A stretch of DNA of 18,164 nt, taken from a bacterium (lineage in GTDB: Bacteria; JAHJDO01). The notes beneath the pieces were generated by a model. The model saw only the letters and a program-made list of their open reading frames with translations. It had not been told where the DNA came from and did no database searches. Positions 7,314-18,109 of the stretch are shown here, piece by piece. A program made the position numbers and the translations under genes. Numbering within the stretch: position 1 is the first letter of the stretch; each line of letters begins with the position of its first letter. Location: contig JBDRTG010000006.1 of the NCBI GenBank assembly GCA_043824255.1, positions 1 to 18,164 on the forward strand, read 5' to 3'.

Positions 7314-8008
7314 AAAAAAGAGGTAAGAGGTATCAGGCAGTTGAAAAGTTGATAGATAAAGAAAAGGTATATGATCTTTCTCAGGCGGTTGAATTGCTAA
7401 AAAAAACAGCTAACACAAAGTTTGATGAAACGGTTAATATAGCCTTTCATATAAGAGTGGATTCTAAGCAAGCTGATCAGCAGGTAAGAGGTGTTATAAA
7501 TTTACCTCATGGAACAGGCAAGACTGTAAGGATTGTGGCTTTTGCAAAGGGCGATAATGTTGATAAGGCCAAGCAAGCAGGAGCTGACTTTGTCGGTGAT
7601 AAAGATCTGATGGATAAAATAAGCAAAGGTTGGCTTGATTTTGATGTTGTAGTTGCAACACCTGATATGATGAAAGAGATAAGTAAGTTAGGGAAGATAC
7701 TTGGACCACGTGGATTAATGCCTAATCCAAAGAGCGGTACAGTTGCTTTGGATGTAGCAGGAGCTGTAGCAGAGATTAAGGCAGGAAAAGTAGAGTATAG
7801 GCTGGATAAAGGAGCAAATTTGCATATAGTGGCAGGAAAAGTTTCATTCTCCAAAGAGCAATTATCAGACAATATATCGGCGGTAGTGAAGGAAATTCTT
7901 CATGCAAAACCTGCCTCTTGTAAAGGGCAATATGTAAGAAATCTTGCTATTAGTTCCGCAATGGGCCCATCAATAAGGCTTAACATACAAGACATTGTAA
8001 AAAAATGA
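7310..8008 (+). CDS. rplA: 50S ribosomal protein L1
   Basis: KFDETV, LPHGTGK, FDVVVATPDMM, LGKILGPRGLMPNPKSGTV, SSAMGP motifs. Confidence 0.99.
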   Translation: MKKRGKRYQAVEKLIDKEKVYDLSQAVELLKKTANTKFDETVNIAFHIRVDSKQADQQVRGVINLPHGTGKTVRIVAFAKGDNVDKAKQAGADFVGDKDLMDKISKGWLDFDVVVATPDMMKEISKLGKILGPRGLMPNPKSGTVALDVAGAVAEIKAGKVEYRLDKGANLHIVAGKVSFSKEQLSDNISAVVKEILHAKPASCKGQYVRNLAISSAMGPSIRLNIQDIVKK

Positions 8009-8024
8009 CAAAGAGAATTTTTTT

Positions 8025-8113
8025 AGTATTAAGTTATAAGGATTAAGAATTAAGTAAAAAAACATTCGCTACAAACTTAATTCTTAGAGCGAAGCGTCTT
8101 AATACTTAATCCT
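8025..8113. repeat. Inverted 7-nt-period repeat arrays forming a long imperfect hairpin in the rplA-rplJ spacer
   Basis: Left arm AGTATTA AGTTATA AGGATTA AGAATTA AGT (8025-8055). Right arm ACTTAAT TCTTAGA GCGAAGCG TCTTAAT ACTTAAT CCT (8075-8113). Perfect complements: 8044-8055/8075-8086 (12 bp), 8025-8033/8098-8106 (9 bp), 8039-8047/8105-8113 (9 bp). Confidence 0.8.
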
Positions 8114-8128
8114 AATTAAAGGGGATGT

Positions 8129-8713
8129 ATGAACAAAGATGAAAAAGTAAAAAGGGTAAAGGAGTTAGTCAGGCAATTTCAGAGGAGCCCTAATAATATG
8201 GTATTTACAGATTATAAAGGGTTAACAGTTAAAGAGATATCAGGTTTACGAGAAACATTAAATGAAAAAGGAATATTATATAAGGTTATCAAAAATAGAC
8301 TTGCATGTTTGGCATTAAAGGAGAGTGGTCTAAATGGCTTGGATCATTTTTTTGCAGGTCCTACAGCTATTGCTTTTGCGCAAAATGATCCAACTGTTCC
8401 AGCAAAAGTGCTGTCAAAATGTTCAAAAGAATATGATTGTCTTGATATTAAGGGAGGGTTTATTGATGAACTCGTTTTTTCTGCAGAACAGGTTAAAGAG
8501 ATCGCTTTAATTCCTTCTAGAGATCAATTACTTATTCAGTTAATAGGACAGCTTCAGGCTCCAATAGGTAATTTTGTATATTGTATTAGATCAACATTAG
8601 CCAGGTTTGTGTATGTTATTCACGCTGTTTTAGAAGCAAAGAAAAAGGAAGATGTAGTAATAGTAGAAACTAATCCAAAGATAGAGGAGGTAGATGATGG
8701 TAACAAAAGCTAA
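8129..8713 (+). CDS. rplJ: 50S ribosomal protein L10
   Basis: [25 protein letters not shown] and IPSRDQL motifs; position between rplA and rplL; SD AAGGGG. Confidence 0.97.
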   Translation: MNKDEKVKRVKELVRQFQRSPNNMVFTDYKGLTVKEISGLRETLNEKGILYKVIKNRLACLALKESGLNGLDHFFAGPTAIAFAQNDPTVPAKVLSKCSKEYDCLDIKGGFIDELVFSAEQVKEIALIPSRDQLLIQLIGQLQAPIGNFVYCIRSTLARFVYVIHAVLEAKKKEDVVIVETNPKIEEVDDGNKS

Positions 8714-9164
8714 GAAAACAAAAGAAGAATCAGTAAAGAAAGTTTCTCAGGTTGAGGTACAAAAGCCGTCTGCAAAAAAGCCAGACAAAGCTAGTATTAT
8801 AGATCTGGTAAAGAGTATGACAGTTTTGGAGTTATCTAATCTTGTCAAAGATCTTGAAAAAGAATTTGGGGTTACTGCTGCTCCAGTTGGTATTGGAGCT
8901 GTCTCTCCAGGTGCAGCACCTGTTTCTGCTGCTCCTGAGGAAGGGAAGGAAAAAACAACGTTCACTGTGCTATTAAAGCAGTTTGGGGATAAGAAGATTC
9001 AGGTAATAAAGGAAGTAAGAGCTATTACAGAGTTGGGACTTAAGGAGGCGAAAGATCTTGTAGAGAGTGCGCCAAAGCCTATTAAGGAAAATGTTTCAAA
9101 GGAGGAAGCTGAGGAGCTTAAGAAAAAATTAGAAGCTGTTGGTGCTGTTGTAGAATTGCAGTAA
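8697..9164 (+). CDS. rplL: 50S ribosomal protein L7/L12 with an N-terminal extension
   Basis: [64 protein letters not shown] at 8686-8690 favours ATG 8697 (6-nt spacing) over ATG 8694. Overlaps the rplJ 3' end. Confidence 0.95.
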   Translation: MVTKAKKTKEESVKKVSQVEVQKPSAKKPDKASIIDLVKSMTVLELSNLVKDLEKEFGVTAAPVGIGAVSPGAAPVSAAPEEGKEKTTFTVLLKQFGDKKIQVIKEVRAITELGLKEAKDLVESAPKPIKENVSKEEAEELKKKLEAVGAVVELQ

Positions 9165-9264
9165 TGCTAGTCCCGAAAGACATAATAATTGCTGCTAAAA
9201 GCAGCCTAATTTAAGTAAATTCCATTAGAGAATTTTTTCTAAACGGGGTGAAGGGGGAATAAAT

Positions 9265-12200
9265 ATGTCTCAACGTGTGTCTAATTCTTCTGGTAGAGAT
9301 TTATATTGTCAGATATCTCCTGTTATAAATGTTCCTGATTTGATGTATGTTCAAAGGGCGCCATATGCAGAATTTCTTCAGAGGAATGTAGCTCCAGCGA
9401 ATCGTAAAAAACATGGGCTTCAGGCAGTATTTAACGAGTTTTTTCCAATAATGGACGAAAAGGAGAGGAGATTCTGCCTGGAATTTTCGAGTTATAGCAT
9501 TGGTGATCCTAAATACAGCGTAGCTGAATGCGAGAGGTATGGAGTGACATATGCTGCTCCTCTTAAGGCGAGAATGAAACTGACCATTAAGGAAGAGGAT
9601 TCCACCAAAGTCGGTAGTGCAAGAGAGCAGGAGGTGTATTTGCTGGATTTACCTCTTATGACAGAGCAAGGAACGTTTATCATCAATGGATCAGAGAGAG
9701 TTATTATTAGTCAATTACATAGATCTCCGGGTCTTTATTGTCAGAAAAAGGAAGTTTCTAATGAGAAAGAGCTTTATTCAGCACGTCTTATTCCGGACAG
9801 AGGGGTCTGGCTTGAGTTTGAATTTGATGCTAATGATATACTTTATGTTAGTATGGACCGTAAAAGAAAGATGCTTGCTACAGTTTTGCTTAGAGCGTTT
9901 GGATATGTGACAGATGAAGAGATTATCAGGCTTTTCTATAATTGTAAGGAGAGGATAATTACAAATAAGACAGTGTCTGATGATCTTGTTGATGAAATTC
10001 TGGCAGAGGACGTAGTTGATGAAAATACAGGGGAGATCATAGTGGAGAGTAAAGAAAAAATAACTCCTTCTATTGCTAATAAGATATTAACATTCAAAAT
10101 TAAAAGCATAAACATAATAGAAATATCTGGCAAAGATATTTCTATTATAAATACGCTTGCAAAAGATCATAGAAAATCAAAAGAAGAAGCTTTTGTAGAA
10201 ATATATAAAAGATTGCGTCCAAGTGATCACTTTACAATAGATACTGCTGAGAGTTATTTTAATGACATTATTTATAATCCTAGGAGATATGACCTTTCAC
10301 AAGTTGGTAGATATAAGCTAAATCAGAAGTTAGGTCTTAATTATTCTTTGGATAAGACCACCTTAGATAAAGAAGACATAGTAAAGACAATCCATTATTT
10401 ACTTAAAGCAAAGTACAATGTGGAAGACGAGGACGATATTGACCATCTTTGGAATAGAAGAGTTAGGACTGTTGGGGAATTACTACAGGCTCAGTTTAGA
10501 ATAGGGCTTGCTAAGTTAGAGAGATCTGTAAAAGAGAGAATAGCATTTCAGGAACCAGAGACTGTTATGCCTCATAATTTAATTAATGGACGGTTAATTT
10601 CTTCAACAGTAAATGATTTTTTTGCGCGTGGGCAGCTATCACAATTTATGGATCAAACAAATCCTTTAGCAGAACTTACTCATAAAAGAAGACTAAGCGC
10701 TTTAGGACCTGGAGGACTTACAAGAGAGAGAGCAGGGTTTGAGGTTAGGGATGTTCATCCAACTCACTATGGACGTATTTGTCCTATAGAGACGCCTGAG
10801 GGGCCTAATATTGGGTTGATAGCCTCTCTTGCTACATATACAAGGATTAATAAACTGGGATTGTTAGAAACACCTGCAAGGAAAGTTGTTAATGGGAGAG
10901 TGACCAATGAAGTGGTTTGGTTGTCTGCTGATCTTGGTGATAGACATGTTGTTGCTCAAGCTAATGCTAAGATTGATAGAAAAGGGTATTTTGTTGAAGA
11001 TGAAGTCTCAGTTAGATTTAAAGGTGACTTTCGCAAAGTGTCTCCAAAAGATGTAAATTTTGTGGATGTCTCACCTGATCAGATAGTTAGTGTAGCTGCA
11101 GGGTTAATTCCTTTTTTGGAGCATGATGATGCAAATAGGGCTCTTATGGGATCCAATATGCAGAGACAGGCAGTTCCTCTTCTAAAGCCGGAAGCTCCTT
11201 TGATTGGCACAGGAATGGAGAGTATTGTTGCCAAAGGGTCTGGATCTGCTGTTGCTGCTAAGAGAGCAGGGATTGTAGAATCAGTGAGTTCTGATAAGAT
11301 AATTATTCGTCCAGAAGAAAACGAGGATGATTTTGATGAATACATACTGAGAAAATTTGAAAAATCAAATCAAAACACCTGTATTAATCAGCGACCGATT
11401 GTTAAAGAAGAAGAAAGAGTTTCTAAAGATGACATCATAGCTGAAGGCTCTGCTACAGATAATAAGGAATTAGCTCTGGGACAGAATGTGTTGGTAGCAT
11501 TTATGCCATGGAGAGGATATAATTTTGAAGATGCTATTGTCATTAGTGAAAAACTGGTTAAGGATGATATTTTGACCTCTATTCATATTGAAGAATTGGA
11601 AGTAGAAGCCAGGGAAACAAAACTTGGGAAAGAAGATATCACCCGTGATATACCTAATGTCAGTGAAGGAGAACTGGCTAATCTGGACGAGCATGGGATT
11701 GTACGAATTGGGACACACGTGAAACCGGGAGATATATTAGTAGGGAAAGTGACTCCTAAGGGTGAAACAGGCCTAACATCTGAAGAAAAATTATTGATAG
11801 CAATTTTTGGAGAAAAAGCTGGTGATGTACTTAACTCATCTTTAACTGTTCCTGTTGGTGTAGAGGGAATAGTTACAGATGTCAGAATATTGTCAAGACG
11901 TGATAAAGACGATATTGATGGTTTAGGGAAAAAGATTATTGAGGATATTGAGTATAGAATTGACGAGGAGATCAGAAAGACTGAGGATAATCTAATTGAG
12001 GCACTTGGGAGCCTTATTAAGGGGAAAGTAATAGCTGAGGATCTGATTAATAAGAATGGAAAAGTCTTTCTCTCTGCTGGACAGAAAGTTAGAAGAAAAG
12101 ATGTAGATAATATACCTGTCAAGTATTTGAGAAAACTTAGAGTTAAAAATACCGACATCAATAGAAAAATACTTACATTAATTGAGAGCTTTGAGAGAAA

Positions 12201-15200
12201 ACTAAAGTCTCTTAGTAAAGAGGGAAAATTAGAAGTAGAAAAGATCAAGAAGGGCGATGAACTTTCCCCTGGAGTAATAAAGCGCATAATGGTTTATATA
12301 GGTAATAAGAGAAAAATCTCAAAGGGAGATAAGATTTCTGGCAGGCATGGTAACAAGGGTGTGATTGCAAAAATATTGCCAGAGGAGGATATGCCGTATT
12401 TATCAGATGGAACATCAGTGAAAATTTTGCTTAATCCTTTAGGCGTTCCTTCAAGAATGAATGCGGGTCAGATTTTAGAAACTCATCTTGGGTGGGTAGC
12501 CAAGGTTTTGGGTATAAAGATTGCGACTCCTGTTTTTAATGGAATTAAAGAGGCAGAAATAAAACAGCTTCTTAAAAAGGCAGGGTTACCTGAAGATGGT
12601 CAGGTAACTTTGTATGACGGGATGACAGGGGAATCATTTGATAATAAGATAACTGTTGGTTATATTTACATGATGAAGTTATCACATCTTGTGGATGATA
12701 AGATGCATGCTCGTGCAACAGGTCCGTATTCATTAGTTACTCAGCAGCCTTTGGGAGGGAAGGCTCAGTTTGGAGGACAGCGTTTTGGTGAGATGGAGGT
12801 ATGGGCATTAGAAGCATATGGTGCTGCTCATACTTTACAGGAATTGCTTACAGTAAAAAGTGATGACGTTGTTGGCAGAATGCGGATATACGAAAGTATT
12901 GTAAAGGGAGAAAACACAGTTCAATCTGGTATACCAGAGTCTTTCAATGTTTTATTGAAAGAGTTGCAAGGTTTAGGATTGGGAGCTAAACTTGTAAGGG
13001 CTAAAAGGCCTCATGTATTTTCTGATCTTACTTTTCGAAAATGGCAACCTGACGGTTCAGAGGAATTTCAAAGCGGAACGGATACGATTGAAGCCATATC
13101 TATTAGTTTAGTTTCTTCTGAGGAGATCAGGCTGTGGTCTAAAGGAGAAGTTAGAAAGCCAGAAACTATAAATTATAGAACATTCAGGCCGGAAAAAGAT
13201 GGGCTTTTTTGCGAAAGAATCTTTGGCCCAATAAAGGATTGGGAATGTTACTGTGGTAAATATAAGAGGATTAGGCATAAAGGGGTAATTTGCGATAGAT
13301 GTGGTGTGGAAGTTACGCAATCTAAAGTGAGGCGTCAACGTATAGGACATATAAGTCTTGCTTCACCAGTAGCTCATGTTTGGCTTTTTAAGGTTGTACC
13401 AAGTTATATGAGTACATTACTTGATTTGAGTTTGAAGAATATAGAAAAGATTCTCTATTATGAGAGTTACGTAGTGCTGGATGCTGGAAAGACCTCTTTA
13501 GGAAAGTATCAGCTTTTAAGTGATGAGGAGTATGAGAAATACAGGGAAGAATTCGGAAATGGATTTCATGCAGAGATGGGAGCTTCAGCTATTAAAAAGA
13601 TGCTACAAGAGATGGATTTAGATAAACTTGCAGAGAGTTTGAGGGAAAAAGAAAGAAAAACAGCATTTAAACAGGCAAAGAAAAAAATTAATAAGAGGTT
13701 AAGAGTTGTTGAAGCCTTTCGCACTTCTGGTAGTAGACCTGAATGGATGATTATGAATGTTATACCTGTTATACCTCCAGACTTAAGACCTTTAGTGCCT
13801 TTAGACGGAGGGCGCTTTGCAACCTCGGATTTGAATGACTTATATCGAAGGGTTATTAATCGAAATAACAGGCTAAAGAGGCTTCTAGAACTAGGTGCGC
13901 CCAGCATAATTATTAGAAATGAGAAAAGGATGTTACAGGAAGCGGTTGATGCTCTATTTGATAATGGCAGACATGGCAGGACAGTAGTTGGACATGGTAA
14001 TCGTCCGCTTAAATCCCTTAGCAACATGTTGGGTGGAAAACAGGGTAGATTCAGACAGAATCTTTTGGGAAAACGCGTTGATTATTCTGGAAGATCAGTT
14101 ATTGTTGTGGATCCAAAATTGAAGCTACATCAATGTGGTTTACCTAAGCGCATGGCACTAGAACTGTTTGAGCCATTTGTGATTAGGAAATTAAGAGAGA
14201 AGGGAATAATAAATACTATAAAGAATGCAAAGAAGATGCTGGAAAAAGCAGGAGCGGAAATATGGGATATTCTTGATGAGGTAATAAAGAATCGTTACGT
14301 TTTACTTAACAGGGCTCCAACATTACATAGATTAGGTATACAGGCATTTCAGCCTGTTCTTATTGAAGGAAAAGCGATAGGAGTCCATCCCTTGGTTTGC
14401 GCTGCGTTTAATGCAGATTTTGATGGAGACCAAATGGCAGTCCATGTAGCCCTTACACCAGAAGCTGAGTTAGAAGCAGAATTTTTAATGTTATCAAGCA
14501 GAAATGTTTTTTCTCCTGCTAGCGGAGACGCGATAATGGTTCCAAGGCAGGAGATTGTGTTAGGATGTTATTACTTAACAAAAGAAAAGCAGAGCAACAG
14601 GAAAGAAGAAAAAATATTTTCATCATCTGACGAAGCAATTATTGCATATGATTCCAAAAAAGTGGAATTACATTCTAGGGTAAAGATAAGGATAAATGGG
14701 GAATTGATAGAGACAACTGTAGGAAGAATTCTGTTCAACGAAATTTTGCCTCCCGCGTTGCAGTTTGTAAATAGGGTGTTTGATAAAGACAAACTGGGTG
14801 ACTTGGTTAAAGAGAGTTTCAAAAAGATAGGAAATCATCAGACAGTTATAATGCTGGACAGAATCAAGACATTAGGATTTGAGATGGCTACTAGAGGCGG
14901 CATTTCCATCTGTATTGATGATATGGTTATTCCTGCAATAAAGGGTAAGTTATTGGAGCAAGGGAAACAAGAGGCTGGTATTGTTGAGGAGCAGTATAGG
15001 AAAGGCGTTATTACTGATGGAGAGAGATATAATAAGGTGATTGATGTATGGACACATACTACGGATAAGGTTTCAGATGCCATGTTTAAAGAGATGGAAA
15101 AAGATCCTTTTAATCCTGTTCTAATGATGCTGCTTTCAGGTGCAAGAGGCAGCAGTCAGCAGATAAGGCAATTGGCAGGCATGCGGGGACTAATGGCTAA

Positions 15201-17127
15201 ACCTAAGAAGAAGATTACGGGAGAGATAGGAGAAATCATAGAAACGCCTATAATGACAAACTTCCGTGAGGGACTGAGTATGCTGGAATATTTTATCTCA
15301 ACTCATGGTGCTAGAAAAGGTTTGGCAGATACAGCTTTGAAAACTGCAGAAGCAGGATACTTAACCAGGAGGTTGGTTGATGTAGCACAGGACGTAGTTG
15401 TTACAAGCGAAGATTGCAGAACACTTAACGGCATAAGTGTTGTAGCAATTAGAGAAGGAGACAGAACTATTGAATCACTTAAAGACAGACTTGCAGGGCG
15501 AACAGCATTGGAAGACATAAAAATACCCTTGTTGGATAATATAATCGTTAAAGCAGGCGAGGAGATTACAGATGAAATGGCAGAAGTCATAGAGGAGGCG
15601 GGAGTAGAAAAGGTAATGATAAGGTCTGTCCTAACATGTGAGCAGGAGAAGGGGGTTTGTGCTAAATGTTATGGTAGAGATCTTACAACAAAGAAGCGAG
15701 TTAGAGTGGGAGAAGCTGTAGGAATTATTGCAGCTCAGTCCATAGGAGAGCCTGGAACTCAGCTTACTCTAAGAACTTTTCATATTGGAGGAACAGCTAG
15801 CAGAATAATTGGTGCCTCGAGAATAGCAGCCATTAATGATGGCACTGTTAAATTTCATGGAATAAGAACAGTGGTGGATAAGAATAATAATGTAGTAGTG
15901 ATTAACAGGAATGGAGAAATAGCAGTAGAAAATGCAGAGGAAAGGGAATTAGAGAGAAGTAATATGCCCTTAGGCAGTATACTTAAGGTTAAAGATAATG
16001 ATGTAGTGAAAAGAAAAACTATACTAGCTGAGTGGGATCCATATACCTTGCCCATAATTTCTATAGTGAGTGGGGAAGTAAAATTTGTTGATATAGTTGA
16101 AGGTCTTACAATGAAGACCGAAGTAGATAAGATCACTGGGAAAAAAGAAAGGATTATTACGGATTACCGAAGCACTGGTATGCATACACAAATATTGATA
16201 CAAGACAAGAATGAAGAGGTGTTAAATTACCATAGTATCCCAAGTGGAGCATATCTAACAGTTAAAGAAGGAGAGCAAGTTTTGGTAGGAGATTTATTAG
16301 CAAAGGCTACAAGAGAAAGAAGTAAAACCAGAGATATTACAGGAGGATTACCAAGAATCGCTGAACTCTTTGAAGCGAGGAGACCTAAGAATCCTGCTAT
16401 AGTGACTGAGATAGATGGAATAGTGGATGAACCTGTTGGTCTTAAGAAGAATATGCGTAGAATAACTGTGACGGCAGATAATGGTGACGAAAAAGAATAT
16501 CTTATTCCTCATGGTAAGCACTTGATTGTTTATAAGGGTGATAGGGTAAAAGCGGGTGATCAGCTTACAGATGGATCTGTGATTCTTGATGAAATATTAA
16601 GAATAGAGGGGGATAGGAGATTACAGGAATATTTATTAAATGAAGTTCAGGAAGTTTATCGGCTGCAGGGTGTTTATATCAATGATAAACATATAGGATT
16701 AATTGTAAGACAGATGCTTAAAAAAGTCAGCATAGAAGATAGTGGAGATACTAAGCTCTTAGCTGGAGAACAAGTAGATAAAGTTGTTTTTAAAAAAGAG
16801 AATGAAAGAGCTGTTGCAGAAAATAAAAAACCTGCTCGTGCAATACCAGTTCTTCAGGGTATTACAAGAGCGTCTATAAATACAGAAAGTTTTATATCAG
16901 CTGCTTCATTTCAGGAAACTACGCGAGTTTTAACCAAGGCTACTGTTTTTTCTAAGGTAGATAGATTATCTGGATTAAAAGAAAATGTAATAATTGGACG
17001 TTTAATTCCCGCTGGTACAGGGTGGGCTGACTATAGGAATATAACATTAACAGAAACCGAGTTATCCGATAAAAAGGATGTGGAAGAGGATAAAGATAAT
17101 AGTAGCGTAGAAGAGGTGAAAAATTAG
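9265..17127 (+). CDS. rpoBC: DNA-directed RNA polymerase, fused beta-beta' subunit (2620 aa)
   Basis: Beta motifs: [76 protein letters not shown] (ends about 12996). Beta' motifs from about 13087: [27 protein letters not shown] (14410-14430), [33 protein letters not shown]. No stop codon between the two halves. Confidence 0.97.
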   Translation: MSQRVSNSSGRDLYCQISPVINVPDLMYVQRAPYAEFLQRNVAPANRKKHGLQAVFNEFFPIMDEKERRFCLEFSSYSIGDPKYSVAECERYGVTYAAPLKARMKLTIKEEDSTKVGSAREQEVYLLDLPLMTEQGTFIINGSERVIISQLHRSPGLYCQKKEVSNEKELYSARLIPDRGVWLEFEFDANDILYVSMDRKRKMLATVLLRAFGYVTDEEIIRLFYNCKERIITNKTVSDDLVDEILAEDVVDENTGEIIVESKEKITPSIANKILTFKIKSINIIEISGKDISIINTLAKDHRKSKEEAFVEIYKRLRPSDHFTIDTAESYFNDIIYNPRRYDLSQVGRYKLNQKLGLNYSLDKTTLDKEDIVKTIHYLLKAKYNVEDEDDIDHLWNRRVRTVGELLQAQFRIGLAKLERSVKERIAFQEPETVMPHNLINGRLISSTVNDFFARGQLSQFMDQTNPLAELTHKRRLSALGPGGLTRERAGFEVRDVHPTHYGRICPIETPEGPNIGLIASLATYTRINKLGLLETPARKVVNGRVTNEVVWLSADLGDRHVVAQANAKIDRKGYFVEDEVSVRFKGDFRKVSPKDVNFVDVSPDQIVSVAAGLIPFLEHDDANRALMGSNMQRQAVPLLKPEAPLIGTGMESIVAKGSGSAVAAKRAGIVESVSSDKIIIRPEENEDDFDEYILRKFEKSNQNTCINQRPIVKEEERVSKDDIIAEGSATDNKELALGQNVLVAFMPWRGYNFEDAIVISEKLVKDDILTSIHIEELEVEARETKLGKEDITRDIPNVSEGELANLDEHGIVRIGTHVKPGDILVGKVTPKGETGLTSEEKLLIAIFGEKAGDVLNSSLTVPVGVEGIVTDVRILSRRDKDDIDGLGKKIIEDIEYRIDEEIRKTEDNLIEALGSLIKGKVIAEDLINKNGKVFLSAGQKVRRKDVDNIPVKYLRKLRVKNTDINRKILTLIESFERKLKSLSKEGKLEVEKIKKGDELSPGVIKRIMVYIGNKRKISKGDKISGRHGNKGVIAKILPEEDMPYLSDGTSVKILLNPLGVPSRMNAGQILETHLGWVAKVLGIKIATPVFNGIKEAEIKQLLKKAGLPEDGQVTLYDGMTGESFDNKITVGYIYMMKLSHLVDDKMHARATGPYSLVTQQPLGGKAQFGGQRFGEMEVWALEAYGAAHTLQELLTVKSDDVVGRMRIYESIVKGENTVQSGIPESFNVLLKELQGLGLGAKLVRAKRPHVFSDLTFRKWQPDGSEEFQSGTDTIEAISISLVSSEEIRLWSKGEVRKPETINYRTFRPEKDGLFCERIFGPIKDWECYCGKYKRIRHKGVICDRCGVEVTQSKVRRQRIGHISLASPVAHVWLFKVVPSYMSTLLDLSLKNIEKILYYESYVVLDAGKTSLGKYQLLSDEEYEKYREEFGNGFHAEMGASAIKKMLQEMDLDKLAESLREKERKTAFKQAKKKINKRLRVVEAFRTSGSRPEWMIMNVIPVIPPDLRPLVPLDGGRFATSDLNDLYRRVINRNNRLKRLLELGAPSIIIRNEKRMLQEAVDALFDNGRHGRTVVGHGNRPLKSLSNMLGGKQGRFRQNLLGKRVDYSGRSVIVVDPKLKLHQCGLPKRMALELFEPFVIRKLREKGIINTIKNAKKMLEKAGAEIWDILDEVIKNRYVLLNRAPTLHRLGIQAFQPVLIEGKAIGVHPLVCAAFNADFDGDQMAVHVALTPEAELEAEFLMLSSRNVFSPASGDAIMVPRQEIVLGCYYLTKEKQSNRKEEKIFSSSDEAIIAYDSKKVELHSRVKIRINGELIETTVGRILFNEILPPALQFVNRVFDKDKLGDLVKESFKKIGNHQTVIMLDRIKTLGFEMATRGGISICIDDMVIPAIKGKLLEQGKQEAGIVEEQYRKGVITDGERYNKVIDVWTHTTDKVSDAMFKEMEKDPFNPVLMMLLSGARGSSQQIRQLAGMRGLMAKPKKKITGEIGEIIETPIMTNFREGLSMLEYFISTHGARKGLADTALKTAEAGYLTRRLVDVAQDVVVTSEDCRTLNGISVVAIREGDRTIESLKDRLAGRTALEDIKIPLLDNIIVKAGEEITDEMAEVIEEAGVEKVMIRSVLTCEQEKGVCAKCYGRDLTTKKRVRVGEAVGIIAAQSIGEPGTQLTLRTFHIGGTASRIIGASRIAAINDGTVKFHGIRTVVDKNNNVVVINRNGEIAVENAEERELERSNMPLGSILKVKDNDVVKRKTILAEWDPYTLPIISIVSGEVKFVDIVEGLTMKTEVDKITGKKERIITDYRSTGMHTQILIQDKNEEVLNYHSIPSGAYLTVKEGEQVLVGDLLAKATRERSKTRDITGGLPRIAELFEARRPKNPAIVTEIDGIVDEPVGLKKNMRRITVTADNGDEKEYLIPHGKHLIVYKGDRVKAGDQLTDGSVILDEILRIEGDRRLQEYLLNEVQEVYRLQGVYINDKHIGLIVRQMLKKVSIEDSGDTKLLAGEQVDKVVFKKENERAVAENKKPARAIPVLQGITRASINTESFISAASFQETTRVLTKATVFSKVDRLSGLKENVIIGRLIPAGTGWADYRNITLTETELSDKKDVEEDKDNSSVEEVKN

Positions 17128-17141
17128 GAAAGGGGATAAAT

Positions 17142-17513
17142 ATGCCAAGATTGTCACAGTTGATAAAGAAAAGCAGGAAGAAGAATACAAAGAAAACATC
17201 TACTCCTGCTTTAAAGGGTTCTCCTCAAAAGCGAGGGGTATGTACTAGGGTATATACAGTTACTCCTAAAAAGCCAAATTCAGCATTAAGAAAGGTGGCT
17301 AGAGTGAGATTGACGAGTGGCGTGGAGGTTACAGCTTACATTCCTGGAATAGGACATAATCTACAGGAGCATTCAATTGTTTTAATTAGAGGTGGAAGCG
17401 TCGCAGATCTTCCAGGTGTTAGATACCACATAGTTAGAGGAGCTTTGGATACTACAGGGGTTACAGATAGAAAGAAAAGCAGGTCTAAATATGGTACAAA
17501 AAGAGCAAAATAA
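17142..17513 (+). CDS. rpsL: 30S ribosomal protein S12
   Basis: [35 protein letters not shown] and DLPGVRY motifs; SD AGGGG. Confidence 0.99.
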   Translation: MPRLSQLIKKSRKKNTKKTSTPALKGSPQKRGVCTRVYTVTPKKPNSALRKVARVRLTSGVEVTAYIPGIGHNLQEHSIVLIRGGSVADLPGVRYHIVRGALDTTGVTDRKKSRSKYGTKRAK

Positions 17514-17525
17514 AGGAGACGTGTA

Positions 17526-17993
17526 ATGCCTAGAAAGGGGAGGGTTACTAAAAGGACAATAACACCAGATCCTAAATATAATGACCAAATAGTAGCTAAA
17601 TTTGTAAATTGTATTATGAGAAGAGGCAAAAAAAGTTTGGCTGAATCTATATTTTATGATTCTTTAGATATTATAAATAAGAGTACAAAAAAAGATTCTT
17701 TGGAAGTGTTCAAGCAGGCTCTTGATAATGTAAAGCCAGTTTTAGAGGTTAAGTCCAAAAGAATTGGAGGCGCTACGTATCAAGTACCTATAGAAGTTAG
17801 CTCTGATAGGAGAACAAGTTTGGCTATGCGCTGGATTATAAATTATGCTAAGGCAAGAAAGGGCAAAAGCATGGGAGAAAAATTGGCACAGGAAATTATA
17901 GATGCATCTAAAGGCGAAGGAACTTCCGTAAAAAAGAAAGAAGACGTCCATAAAATGGCAGAAGCTAATAAAGCTTTTGCGCATTATAGATAA
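17526..17993 (+). CDS. rpsG: 30S ribosomal protein S7
   Basis: [44 protein letters not shown]. Confidence 0.99.
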   Translation: MPRKGRVTKRTITPDPKYNDQIVAKFVNCIMRRGKKSLAESIFYDSLDIINKSTKKDSLEVFKQALDNVKPVLEVKSKRIGGATYQVPIEVSSDRRTSLAMRWIINYAKARKGKSMGEKLAQEIIDASKGEGTSVKKKEDVHKMAEANKAFAHYR

Positions 17994-18032
17994 TGATAGA
18001 AGAAAGGATGGACTTAGAGGTTCAAAAAGGAC

Positions 18033-18060
18033 TTGCAAGAGAAAAAGTATATGATATAAT
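18033..18060 (+). promoter_or_regulatory. Putative sigma70-type promoter with extended -10
   Basis: TTGCAA (18033-18038), 16-nt spacer, TG at 18052-18053 and a perfect TATAAT (18055-18060), all in intergenic DNA after rpsG. Confidence 0.65.
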
Positions 18061-18109
18061 CCGTGAACTTATTTAAATGCCCATGGGCAGACGATGTATG
18101 CGTGATTTA

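Noticed and set aside
1640..7318. ATGAAAAAA at the start of both the first inserted gene (1640) and rplA (7310) as a target-site duplication
   Set aside because: MKK starts are very common, and nusG at 599 begins the same way. No terminal inverted repeats or recombinase gene support a mobile element call.
125..8008. UGA reassignment to Trp or Gly (codes 4/25)
   Set aside because: TGA terminates tuf, rplK and rplA at their expected C-termini, and conserved Trp positions use TGG.
8025..8113. CRISPR array interpretation of the spacer repeats
   Set aside because: Units are 7 nt, degenerate and adjacent, with no unique spacers and no cas genes.
9191..9205. Hairpin GCTGCT-AAA-AGCAGC as an intrinsic terminator after rplL
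   Set aside because: Only 6 bp with a 3-nt loop and no immediate U-tract (followed by CTAATTT); too weak to call.
9265..17127. Intein or intron explaining the very long RNA polymerase ORF
   Set aside because: The length is accounted for by beta plus beta' and known lineage-specific insertions; no C/S...HN intein ends or LAGLIDADG motifs were seen.
437..18038. All minus-strand ORFs in the track (including the 234-aa 11583-12287 and 153-aa 13566-14027) and the short out-of-frame plus ORFs 5799-6002 and 9686-9910
   Set aside because: They lie within or opposite well-supported genes, and the antisense ones have the Ser/Ile/Leu/Phe-rich composition expected from the reverse of purine-rich coding DNA. 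No recognisable motifs.
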